This document shows, one piece after another, positions 17,664 to 26,106 of a stretch of 32,000 bases of DNA. Position numbers and translations under genes: made by a program. Every line of letters begins with the position of its first letter. Position 1 is the stretch's first letter. A model generated the notes under the pieces. It saw only the letters and a list, made by a program, of their open reading frames with translations. It was not told where the DNA came from and made no database searches. Source of the stretch: Betaproteobacteria bacterium (lineage in GTDB: Bacteria; Pseudomonadota; Gammaproteobacteria; Burkholderiales; Burkholderiaceae_E); the NCBI GenBank assembly GCA_031429355.1, contig JANOZM010000022.1, positions 5,563 to 37,562 of the forward strand. Direction: 5' to 3'.

Positions 17664-18446
17664 TTATAGCATGTAAAAACCACCGTTAACCGGCAGAATT
17701 TGTCCCGTGATAAAACCACTAGAAGGTGCTAGTAAAAACAAAACAGCAGCTGTTACATCGTCCGGCAGTTGCGCTCGCGTAATTGCACGACCATTGGCGT
17801 AAAAGTCGTGTCGAGCTTGCGGCACATATTGAGTGGCTTCAACCAAAGTAAGACCAGGAGCAATTGCATTGACAGTAATTCCTTGAACTGCCAACTCGCG
17901 TGCCATCGACTTTGTCATCGACATTACGGCACCTTTACTTGCTACATAAGCCATTAATCGTGGCGCTCCCCACAGTGCTGTGTCGGACGCTAAGTTAACA
18001 ATGCGACCGGCATCAGACTTAGCAAGATGTGCAACCGCAGCCAAGCTAGTTAACCAAACACCTTTGACGTTGACTTGCATCACATGGTCCCAAGTTTGCT
18101 CAGTAATTTCATCCATATTTTTACCTCCCGAGTTTGTTACGGCGGCATTATTTACAAGACCATCTAAACCACCCAGCCAATTGCTGGCTAACACCATTGC
18201 TGCATCAATTGATTCGCGTTGCGATACATCCATCGAAAAGTAGCGAATACAATCGGGGTACTGCTGATTTAAATGCTGCGCTAGAGTTTCGCCCAGCTGG
18301 TCCATTACGTCAGTAATTGCCACTCTTGCACCGGCTTGCAAGCAGGCGCGGGCAAATGCTTCACCCAAGCCGCGAGCACCCCCAGTAATTAAAACTTTTC
18401 GCCCATTTAAATTGATGTCGGACTGTGATTTTTGAATGGTGGACAT
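17664..18446 (-). CDS. Short-chain dehydrogenase/reductase (classical SDR), 260 aa
   Basis: The cofactor motif is VLITGGARGLG (TGxxxGxG). An NNAA-type segment is VNNAAV. The catalytic YxxxK lies in YVASKGAV. Confidence 0.92.
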   Translation of the reverse strand: MSTIQKSQSDINLNGRKVLITGGARGLGEAFARACLQAGARVAITDVMDQLGETLAQHLNQQYPDCIRYFSMDVSQRESIDAAMVLASNWLGGLDGLVNNAAVTNSGGKNMDEITEQTWDHVMQVNVKGVWLTSLAAVAHLAKSDAGRIVNLASDTALWGAPRLMAYVASKGAVMSMTKSMARELAVQGITVNAIAPGLTLVEATQYVPQARHDFYANGRAITRAQLPDDVTAAVLFLLAPSSGFITGQILPVNGGFYML

Positions 18447-18450
18447 AGTG

Positions 18451-19218
18451 TTAACTGCGCTCGACTTTGGGTATGTAATGCAATACCTTGGTTTCTAAAA
18501 ATACAACCGCGTAGTAGGCCAAAATGCCGATGAGGGTCAACATTGCGATTACTACAAACACTCCGGCAGTGTTGCCCTGCCCTTCAAAGAACACTAGCAA
18601 ATAACCAAGGCCTTGGTTGCCGCCTACCAACTCACCGACTACAACACCAATAACCGCCAATGTGCTGCCAATTCGCAGACCCGAAAATAAGGCGGGCATT
18701 GTGGTCGGGTATTCGACCATTTTAAAAACTTGAAAACGGCTCGCAGAAAACGAACGCGCTAAGTTAATTAAATCGGGGTCCATCGTGCGCATCGCGGCTA
18801 GCACGTTAATAAGCACGGGGAAAAAAACAATTAAAACTGCCACTAAAATTTTGGGATAAACCGTATAACCCAACCACATCACAAACAAGGGAGCAAACGC
18901 GACTTTTGGGGCAATTTGCAGTGCTAACAAATACGGCGAAAGCACAGCTTCGATGCGCGGCGAGACGCCCAGCAAATAACCAATACCAGCACCCAAAAGC
19001 GAACCCAAAATAAAACCAACAACCACCTCAAGTGCCGTAATGCCCGAGTGATGCATTAACTTATCGTTTTGAAATACGCGTATTGCTTCGTTAAACGTTT
19101 TTGTAGCAGATGGCAAAACGAACTCCGGAATACCTAGTGCAGCCGGCATAAACTGCCAAAGCAAAAGGAAGCCGACTAAAACTAGCAGGCTTAGAATTCC
19201 GGTACTGATCGATTTCAT
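18451..19218 (-). CDS. ABC transporter permease (NitT/TauT family type), 255 aa
   Basis: The protein has about 6 hydrophobic segments. Its sequence pattern is that of the binding-protein-dependent transport inner-membrane component seen in nitrate/sulfonate/taurine-type importers. It lies between the SBP and SDR genes. Confidence 0.88.
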   Translation of the reverse strand: MKSISTGILSLLVLVGFLLLWQFMPAALGIPEFVLPSATKTFNEAIRVFQNDKLMHHSGITALEVVVGFILGSLLGAGIGYLLGVSPRIEAVLSPYLLALQIAPKVAFAPLFVMWLGYTVYPKILVAVLIVFFPVLINVLAAMRTMDPDLINLARSFSASRFQVFKMVEYPTTMPALFSGLRIGSTLAVIGVVVGELVGGNQGLGYLLVFFEGQGNTAGVFVVIAMLTLIGILAYYAVVFLETKVLHYIPKVERS

Positions 19219-19257
19219 TGCTAACGCTTATTGGTAACGAAAGATTGCTTAAAAAAA

Positions 19258-20319
19258 TTATTTACCAACAAATTGGTTGGTGTACAAATCTTTGAGCGGC
19301 ACCTCTTTAGGAACAATTTTGTTGTCCACATAGAATTTTTGCAATTCGCCTAGGCGCGCTTCGTCCATCATTCCCAAAGTTTTTTGTTGTGCATAAACGT
19401 ACTTGTTGTACATCTCAAACATCTTTTCGATGCTGGCTTCTTTACCTTTGTGCGCCGGCACATGCGCAACGTAGGCAATAGCAGCCGCCTTTGGATTGGT
19501 CATGATGTCTTTCATACCTTTTAAAGTTGCGCGAACTAATTTTTGGATAAGAACCGGATCTTTTTGCAATGTTTCGTCTGATGCCAAGATCGCTTGCGCC
19601 ATGCTTTTAAAATACACATCAGCGGGCAAAATAGTGACCTTTGCACCGGCTTCCATTGCGTTCACGGTCCAATCAGGAGTGCTTGCCATTGCGGTTGCTT
19701 TACGGCTTGCAAATTGTTGCCAAACACCAGCTGGGCCAGCAGCTTGAATGTCCAAATCGTTTTTAGTTAAACCCGATTTGCTTAACATGCCCAACAAGGC
19801 GTAATACGTTGTATCGGTGTAAGCCAAGGTAGTTACGGTCTTACCGCGTAACTCACGTGGGCTTTCAATTTTTGCATCTTCGTGACTAACTAATTGCATT
19901 AGCGAACCAGCGCCTAAAACAGCAACGGCCTTAACGGGAATACCCTGAGCCCGCGCAATAATAGGCGTGTCGCCAATTGCACCACCAACCACAGCGTTGC
20001 CTGCGCCGACCTGCTTGGCAACATCGACACCACCACGACCAGAAACAAACTTAACATCAAGGCCTTCTGCTGCGTAATAGCCTTTGGCTTGCGCAAGCAT
20101 CCATGGGCCAAACGCCGGCAATGTTCCTGGCGCAGGTAACAAATAAGTAACTTCTTTAAGGGCTTGTGCGTTGGATGTACTTGGGGCAATAAACCCGAGT
20201 ACGGTGACAGCGACACTAACTGCAAAAAAGCGCGCCGTGGCAACGCTAAATGCGCTAGCTTTTAATGCGATGCGCTTACTAAAATTAGGTCTAGCCAAAT
20301 TAGGTTTCTTAGTCTTCAT
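19258..20319 (-). CDS. ABC transporter periplasmic substrate-binding protein (NMT1/THI5-like, NitT/TauT family), 353 aa
   Basis: A strong SD (GGAGGAGGGAG) lies upstream. The signal peptide ends ...STSNAQA-L. The mature part (KEVTYLLPAPGTLPAFGPWMLAQAKGYYAAEGLDVKFV...) is typical of SsuA/TauA/ThiY-like binding proteins. Confidence 0.85.
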   Translation of the reverse strand: MKTKKPNLARPNFSKRIALKASAFSVATARFFAVSVAVTVLGFIAPSTSNAQALKEVTYLLPAPGTLPAFGPWMLAQAKGYYAAEGLDVKFVSGRGGVDVAKQVGAGNAVVGGAIGDTPIIARAQGIPVKAVAVLGAGSLMQLVSHEDAKIESPRELRGKTVTTLAYTDTTYYALLGMLSKSGLTKNDLDIQAAGPAGVWQQFASRKATAMASTPDWTVNAMEAGAKVTILPADVYFKSMAQAILASDETLQKDPVLIQKLVRATLKGMKDIMTNPKAAAIAYVAHVPAHKGKEASIEKMFEMYNKYVYAQQKTLGMMDEARLGELQKFYVDNKIVPKEVPLKDLYTNQFVGK

Positions 20320-20377
20320 GATGCTCCCTCCTCCAAGGTTTAAATCAAAAGATACAAATTAAAAACACAAAACAGAT

Positions 20378-21187
20378 TTAATGCATTTCGGCACTTGCGT
20401 CTAACTTCAAATGCTCCATCAACTGCGCAACATATTCATTTAATTGTCGGTGCTTGCGGCGTTCCATCGGATTGTCACGGCCAGGCAATTGCACCTGAAT
20501 TTCTTCGGTGATCGTTCCAGGTCGCTCGCTCATCACAAAAATGCGGTCCGACAATACAACCGCCTCGGTTAAATCATGCGTAATAAAGACCGCTGTTTTT
20601 CCTTCCCGAGCAACGTTCTTTGCAAGGTCTTGCTGCAATATCATTTTGGTCTGGGCATCCAAGGCTGAAAACGGCTCATCCATTAGCAGCACTTGCGGAT
20701 CCACTGCAAGGGTTCTTGCTAAGGCTGCCCGCTGACGCATACCACCCGACAACTGATGCGGATAGCTTTGCGCAAAATTGCCAATACGACATTGCACTAA
20801 CAGTTTGCGGGAGATCTCGTTACGTTCAGTTTTACCAACGCCGCGCAACTCCAAACCAAACTCGACGTTTTGCTCGATCGTGCGCCACGGCATCAGTAGG
20901 TCTTTTTGCAGCATAAAAGCTACGTTTTTGTTTGGTTCGCGCACAACGTCACCCGCCACGCGAACCTCGCCCGCAGTCGGTAAATAAAGACCTGACCCCA
21001 TATTTAAAAGGGTACTTTTTCCGCAGCCCGAAGGCCCAATAATCGAAACAACTTCGCCGGTAGCGATGGCAAAGCTAACGTTTTGAACCGCTTGTACTGC
21101 TGCTGCTTTGCCTTTTGCTTCGAAGCGTTTTTCGACTTTTACAAATTCGATGGCTGCATGGCGAACTGTATTTAAGCTAACAGTCAT
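20378..21187 (-). CDS. ABC transporter ATP-binding protein, 269 aa
   Basis: Walker A is GPSGCGKST, the signature is LSGGMRQR and Walker B is LLMDEPFSALD. The start overlaps the ferredoxin stop (ATGA 21184-21187). Confidence 0.95.
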   Translation of the reverse strand: MTVSLNTVRHAAIEFVKVEKRFEAKGKAAAVQAVQNVSFAIATGEVVSIIGPSGCGKSTLLNMGSGLYLPTAGEVRVAGDVVREPNKNVAFMLQKDLLMPWRTIEQNVEFGLELRGVGKTERNEISRKLLVQCRIGNFAQSYPHQLSGGMRQRAALARTLAVDPQVLLMDEPFSALDAQTKMILQQDLAKNVAREGKTAVFITHDLTEAVVLSDRIFVMSERPGTITEEIQVQLPGRDNPMERRKHRQLNEYVAQLMEHLKLDASAEMH

Positions 21188-21519
21188 TTCGCTTGAACGC
21201 AGACTCGTCCGCCTTCAACTTTAATTGGAAACACTTTTAAATCGCGCTGACCAATTTCTGAAAGGCACTTGCCAGTGGCGATTTCAAATTTCGCGGCATG
21301 CAAGGGACACTCAATAGTTCCATCTTCTTGGAAGCCTTGCGAAAGCAATGCAAAGGCGTGAGGACATACGTTTTCTAAAGCGTAGACCTGTCCGTTACTT
21401 AAGAAAAGGCCAACATCCTGGCCGTCGACTACGGCACCGGTTGGGAAGTCTGGGTCTAGCTGGGCAAAGTCGGCCACGTCATGCCAAGTTTCGGGAGTTT
21501 TAGGCGCTAAATCTGTCAT
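21184..21519 (-). CDS. Rieske-type [2Fe-2S] ferredoxin component of a multicomponent oxygenase, 111 aa; first gene of the operon
   Basis: CPHAFALLSQGFQEDGTIECPLHAAKF is a CxH-x16-CxxH motif. The size and layout match BphF/TodB/CarAc-type Rieske ferredoxins. Confidence 0.88.
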   Translation of the reverse strand: MTDLAPKTPETWHDVADFAQLDPDFPTGAVVDGQDVGLFLSNGQVYALENVCPHAFALLSQGFQEDGTIECPLHAAKFEIATGKCLSEIGQRDLKVFPIKVEGGRVCVQAK

Positions 21520-21629
21520 AACAAGAGAATACGTTCGTTTTATCTAAGAAACAGTGTTTCAATCATGAATCAATGATAGCGTAGTTTTTAGCCAAGGTAT
21601 AGAACAAAACACATCCAAATTGTCCCCCG

Positions 21630-21659
21630 AAAAAAAACCGCCTTGGCGGCGGTTTTTTT
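21630..21659. terminator. Rho-independent terminator (symmetric A/T flanks) separating the protease gene from the catabolic operon
   Basis: A-run 21630-21637, stem CCGCC (21638-21642), loop TTGGC, stem GGCGG (21648-21652), T-run 21653-21659. It lies 24 nt downstream of the protease stop. Confidence 0.8.
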
Positions 21660-21682
21660 AACTACAGCCTTAAACCCTCAAG

Positions 21683-22996
21683 CTACGATTTACGCTTTGA
21701 AAAGCCAATTGCGATTACGCCAAGGGCTAATAGCAACAATGTTGCCGGTGTCGGCACTTGAACGCGAGATACCCGACCCGCAATACCTGCATCAATCCAA
21801 TTAGTGAAATACGAAACCCGTGTATCGCCCGATACTTCACCGAAGCTTGAATTGGTACAACCTGCGCCGGCTCCAAAACCACGAGCTGTATCTAAGTTGC
21901 CTACACCGCCACAACCAGTTTCACCATACAAAAAGTTTGCACTGAAACCAAACGAAGTGATTCCAGCAACGAGACCATTAATAAAGGTCGGGCCACCAGA
22001 GTCACCTGGCGAAGAATTAATTTCGGTTGCCAAGCCATTCACAACAACTCCAGTTTGTGGTTTGCCAAAACCAGGAGCGAGTTCACCAAGTCGGCCAAAC
22101 ACATCATTGACCCGAAATCCGCTGTCAAAATCAAATAGTAATACGCTGTCCGCATCGGCACGTTGATTGCCACTGGCGTCTGGCGCGAGATCTTGACCGA
22201 ATATATCTTTGAAGGTGTATTCGTAAATATTATTACCTTCACGCTTACGGCCATCAAAGCTATCGAAACCATCGCGGGTCAGGTTCATGGTACCTGTCTG
22301 GCCAAAACCGCGTGTTCCTAAGCCGACTTTGTTATGAATAGCATCAATTTCACCTGCGCCCCGATAAATTCCATTAATTTGCCGATCCGCTGGGGCACTG
22401 CTACTTAAATAAACTAAAGCTAAATCGGATCCCCCTAAAGTTCCACCGGCAGTAGCAGTGGGAATGAAGTTAGGATTGATTGCGTAATGTGTTCCCATCA
22501 ACATCACTGGATTTGGATCAGCACCAGGTGGGGTAACCCCACCGTTGTAAAGCGCATTGCGAAATCCCGGCAAGAAGAAACTCAACGAAGCAATAGCAGA
22601 ACCGCGCGCAGTTGGGTTGATGCAATGAGCAGCAGTAAGTACAACGCTTGCAGAGACTAAGGTTCCTGTACAGGTACTTCCCGAGCCATTAGCGTAGCGA
22701 ATTAATAGACCACCGACGCCCGTATTTTGGGTGCTTGGGCTGACGAACCGACCGTTTAACTCGGTAATGCTAGTTGTTGAAGCAACTAAGCGTGCCTCAG
22801 GTTGGGCTAATTCCAAATCGAACTTAACTACGCCTGTAGATGCTGCGAATCCAGCAGATTCAAACGGTACAACTGCCGATTGATCCATGGAGAACGGAGC
22901 CGCGCTTACGCTTTGAGTTGCTACAAAGGCAATTAAACCAACCGCAGTTTGCAGCGGTTCTTTACTGAGGTGCCAAACAGATGATTTCAAGCGCAT
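21683..22996 (-). CDS. Secreted trypsin-like (S1 family) serine protease with a C-terminal PEP-CTERM sorting signal, 437 aa
   Basis: The signal peptide is MRLKSS...GLIAFVATQSVSA-AP. The catalytic His lies in VVLTAAHC (His codon at 22625-22627), the Asp in GGSDLALVYL and the Ser in SPGDSGGP. The C-terminus VPTPATLLLLALGVIAIGFSKRKS (21686-21757) has a PEP-like motif, a TM helix and a basic tail. The start at 22996 is preferred because GGGAAA lies at 23001-23006. The track start at 23008 is the alternative. Confidence 0.85.
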   Translation of the reverse strand: MRLKSSVWHLSKEPLQTAVGLIAFVATQSVSAAPFSMDQSAVVPFESAGFAASTGVVKFDLELAQPEARLVASTTSITELNGRFVSPSTQNTGVGGLLIRYANGSGSTCTGTLVSASVVLTAAHCINPTARGSAIASLSFFLPGFRNALYNGGVTPPGADPNPVMLMGTHYAINPNFIPTATAGGTLGGSDLALVYLSSSAPADRQINGIYRGAGEIDAIHNKVGLGTRGFGQTGTMNLTRDGFDSFDGRKREGNNIYEYTFKDIFGQDLAPDASGNQRADADSVLLFDFDSGFRVNDVFGRLGELAPGFGKPQTGVVVNGLATEINSSPGDSGGPTFINGLVAGITSFGFSANFLYGETGCGGVGNLDTARGFGAGAGCTNSSFGEVSGDTRVSYFTNWIDAGIAGRVSRVQVPTPATLLLLALGVIAIGFSKRKS

Positions 22997-23310
22997 AACG
23001 TTTCCCATTAGTAAATTTAGAAACTAGCTTTTTGCCAGTCAAGATTGTGTCTTGTCAGTACAGCAAAACCCGTGCCCGGTATTAAGTCACTTGATTTATA
23101 GGGGTTTTTTAACAAATTTGTAACAGAACCGTAAAGGCAGCCGACACTCGGTTCGCGCATTCCGGACTGTTCACGCTAAACTCAATGTCGAGTATTCGGC
23201 TACTTAGACCGCCAACTGCAGCAATTGCAAACTCTTAGCCGAGAATTCTGTTTTGAAGTCCACACAATCTTTATTTACGCAACCTTTAACTACTAGTTTT
23301 GGAGAACCTT

Positions 23311-25194
23311 TTGAGTTCACAATTTTCGCTTCTGAACCAAAAACGATTTGGCCCATTTTTTTGGACCCAGTTTTTAGGCGCAGCCAATGACAACGTGTTT
23401 AAAGTTGCGTTTACGGTACTGGTAACTTACAAAGCTAGCGAATGGGGTGGTATTGACCCCGCACAAGCGGCCTTTCTGATTGGCGCGATATTTATTTTGC
23501 CCTTTGTGTTTTTGTCAGCAACTAGCGGGCAGTTAGCCGACAAGTACGAAAAAGGTCGTCTAATGCGGCTTGTAAAAACGCTCGAAATTGTGATCATGGC
23601 ACTAGCTGCTTTCGGTTTTCTTGCTAAATCGCCAAATTCCTTGTATGCCTGCGTTTTTCTTTTAGGTCTACATTCGACTCTCTTTGGGCCGGTAAAGTTT
23701 GCCTACTTACCCCAGCATTTGCAGCCAGAGGAACTTACAGGAGGGAACGGTTTGGTAGAAATGGGAACGTTCGTAGCCATTTTGCTGGGCAGTATTTTGG
23801 GAACTACGCTAGGTGGCTGGGGCGAGACTGGGCTTAAGGCAGTCGCAATCATCGGACTCTTAATGGCAATCGCTGGCCGCGTCAGTGCAAGTTTTATTCC
23901 AAACTCGCCCGCCTCTGATCCCAACTTAAAAATCAATTGGAACCCTATTACTGAGACGATCCGCAATTTAGGTATTGCTAAGAAAGACCGTACTGTGTTT
24001 TTGTCTTTATTGGGGATTTCGTGGCTTTGGTTTGTAGGTGCAATTTTTCTAACTTCTTTTTCAGCCTACGCTAAGGATGTAGTTAAAGGGACAGAAACAG
24101 TGGTTACAGTTCTGCTAGCCACTTTCTCAATTGGTATTGCAATCGGCTCGATGCTTTGCGAAAAACTGTCCGGCCCAAAAGTAGAAATTGGTCTGGTTCC
24201 GTTTGGCTCGATAGGAATGAGTTTATTTGGAATCGATTTGTACTTCGCAAGTCAAGGTCTTGGCGTTGGCGGACCGTTTACTGCCGGTAGTTTTATGTTG
24301 CAAAGCCAGCATTGGCGCGTGCTGATCGATCTGTTTGGCCTTGCAATGTTTGCGGGGTTTTATTCAGTCCCGTTGTACGCACTAATTCAAAGCCGTAGCC
24401 AGCCCGAATATCGCGCTAGAATTATCGGCACAAATAATATTCTTAACGCACTGTTTATGATTAGCGCTTCGCTTTTAGCGGGTGCTTTGTTAAAAAACGG
24501 TTTTACCATTCCGCAAGTATTTTTAGTTACCGCGCTACTTAACGCGTTCGTTGCAATTTACATTTACTCGCTAGTGCCCGAATTTTTAATGCGCTTTTTG
24601 ACTTGGATTTTGTTACATACAATGTATCGCGTAAAAATAACAGGCGAACAATATGTTCCCGACGAAGGCGCCTGTGTTTTAGCCTGTAACCATGTTAGTT
24701 TTGCGGATGCGGTTATTTTGGGCGGAACAATTCGCCGACCAATTCGGTTTGTGATGGACCATAGTATTTTTAAAATACCAGTCTTGAACTTTATTTTTAA
24801 AACCGCCAAAGCGATCCCGATTGCGCCGCGCAAAGAACACCCCGAGATGCTTGATCGCGCCTATGAGGAGATCGATAAAGCTCTAAAAGCCGGTGACATA
24901 GTGTGTATTTTTCCAGAAGGTCGAATAACCGACAACGGTGAACTGAACACCTTTAAAGACGGCATCAAACGGATTATTGATCGAACACCAGTACCGGTTA
25001 TACCAATGGCTTTGCAAGGCATGTGGGGTAGTTTTTTCTCGCGCGCCTCAAATAAAGCGGCCATGACTCAACCGTTTAGAAGAGGTTTACTGAACCCAGT
25101 GAGCATTGCAGTGGGCTCACCAATGGCACCCGAGACCGTTTCAGCTGAGACATTGCACGCCAAGGTACTAGAATTGCGGGGCAATTGGCGTTAA
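23311..25194 (+). CDS. Fusion protein: LplT-like MFS lysophospholipid transporter + PlsC-type acyltransferase, 627 aa, TTG start
   Basis: The N-terminal part FFWTQFLGAANDNVFK plus about 12 hydrophobic segments is MFS/LplT-like. The C-terminal part CNHVSFADAV (HX4D acyltransferase motif) and FPEGRIT match PlsC/Aas-type acyltransferases. There is no in-frame ATG upstream of the conserved N-terminus. The TTG at 23311 has GGAGA at 23301-23305. The TTG at 23299 (track start) is the alternative. Confidence 0.85.
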   Translation: MSSQFSLLNQKRFGPFFWTQFLGAANDNVFKVAFTVLVTYKASEWGGIDPAQAAFLIGAIFILPFVFLSATSGQLADKYEKGRLMRLVKTLEIVIMALAAFGFLAKSPNSLYACVFLLGLHSTLFGPVKFAYLPQHLQPEELTGGNGLVEMGTFVAILLGSILGTTLGGWGETGLKAVAIIGLLMAIAGRVSASFIPNSPASDPNLKINWNPITETIRNLGIAKKDRTVFLSLLGISWLWFVGAIFLTSFSAYAKDVVKGTETVVTVLLATFSIGIAIGSMLCEKLSGPKVEIGLVPFGSIGMSLFGIDLYFASQGLGVGGPFTAGSFMLQSQHWRVLIDLFGLAMFAGFYSVPLYALIQSRSQPEYRARIIGTNNILNALFMISASLLAGALLKNGFTIPQVFLVTALLNAFVAIYIYSLVPEFLMRFLTWILLHTMYRVKITGEQYVPDEGACVLACNHVSFADAVILGGTIRRPIRFVMDHSIFKIPVLNFIFKTAKAIPIAPRKEHPEMLDRAYEEIDKALKAGDIVCIFPEGRITDNGELNTFKDGIKRIIDRTPVPVIPMALQGMWGSFFSRASNKAAMTQPFRRGLLNPVSIAVGSPMAPETVSAETLHAKVLELRGNWR

Positions 25195-25233
25195 GGCCAC
25201 TTTCAAGCGCTTACAATAGGGGGTGGAGGTACC

Positions 25234-26064
25234 ATGACTTTTACCGAATTATTAAACAGCGCTTGGAAAACACAAAACTCTTTGCTGTGTGTGGGACTAG
25301 ACCCAGACCCAACAAAGTTCCCCGATGGACTTGGGATCAAGAATACTTTTGATTTTTGCAAAGGCATTATTGACGCCACAGCGGCTTATGCTTGTTGCTT
25401 CAAACCGCAAATTGCCTACTTTAGTAGCAACCGCCAAGAAGGTGCACTAGAAGAGCTAATTGCTTATGCACACGAGACCTACCCAAACATTCCCATTATC
25501 TTGGACGCTAAACGCGGTGACATCGGTGCAACCGCCGAGCAATACGCGCGCGAAGCATTTGAACGCTATAAAGCGGATGCCTTAACAGTTAGCCCGTATA
25601 TGGGATTGGACTCGATGGAGCCCTACATGGCCTATCCAGAAAAGGGAATCATTATTCTGTGCAGAACGTCCAATCGCGGCGGTTCGGATTTGCAAGGTTT
25701 AAACGTTCAAGCGGCGGGACAAAGTTCGCTTCCGTTGTACGAATATGTTGCCAAATTAGCCAGTAGCAGTTGGAATCGGAACGGACAAATTGGGTTAGTA
25801 GTCGGCGCAACTTTTCCCGAAGAACTACAACGCGTGCGTAAAATCGTTGGCAACATGCCTTTGCTAGTGCCAGGTATTGGCGCGCAAGGGGGGGATGTTG
25901 AAGCCACTGTTTTAAACGGCTGTGATGACAATTTAAACGGAATGATGATTAGCTCATCGCGCGCAATTTTGTACGCAACCAAAGGCGCAAATTGGAAGAG
26001 CGCTGCGAGCCTAGTAGCGCAACAAACACGAGACACAATTAACTCAGCGCGCTTTAAAGCCTGA
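25234..26064 (+). CDS. pyrF: Orotidine 5'-phosphate decarboxylase (type 2), 276 aa
   Basis: A GGAGG SD lies upstream. [18 protein letters not shown] and [17 protein letters not shown] are hallmark type-2 PyrF motifs. Confidence 0.92.
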   Translation: MTFTELLNSAWKTQNSLLCVGLDPDPTKFPDGLGIKNTFDFCKGIIDATAAYACCFKPQIAYFSSNRQEGALEELIAYAHETYPNIPIILDAKRGDIGATAEQYAREAFERYKADALTVSPYMGLDSMEPYMAYPEKGIIILCRTSNRGGSDLQGLNVQAAGQSSLPLYEYVAKLASSSWNRNGQIGLVVGATFPEELQRVRKIVGNMPLLVPGIGAQGGDVEATVLNGCDDNLNGMMISSSRAILYATKGANWKSAASLVAQQTRDTINSARFKA

Positions 26065-26106
26065 GTAATGATTTTTTTAAACATCAGAATCAGTTACTAA
26101 TAAACC

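Noticed and set aside
21562-21577. ATCAT-N6-ATGAT inverted repeat in the catabolic operon leader as an IclR operator
   Set aside because: The arms are only 5 bp in an AT-rich leader, which is expected by chance. I mention it in a finding but do not list it as a feature.
23065-23110. AAAACCC ... GGGGTTTTTT pairing followed by a T-run in the protease/MFS divergent region (possible terminator or sRNA 3' end)
   Set aside because: The stem is only about 7 bp with a loop of about 29 nt. No upstream + strand gene exists that would need termination. It is too weak to call without expression data.
23257-23264. TCCACA-containing DnaA-box-like sequence at the strand-switch region (genes point away from 23009-23298 on both sides)
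   Set aside because: It is a single partial match (6 of 9 positions to TTATCCACA). There is no cluster of boxes, no AT-rich unwinding repeats and no dnaA/dnaN nearby, so there is no evidence for an origin.
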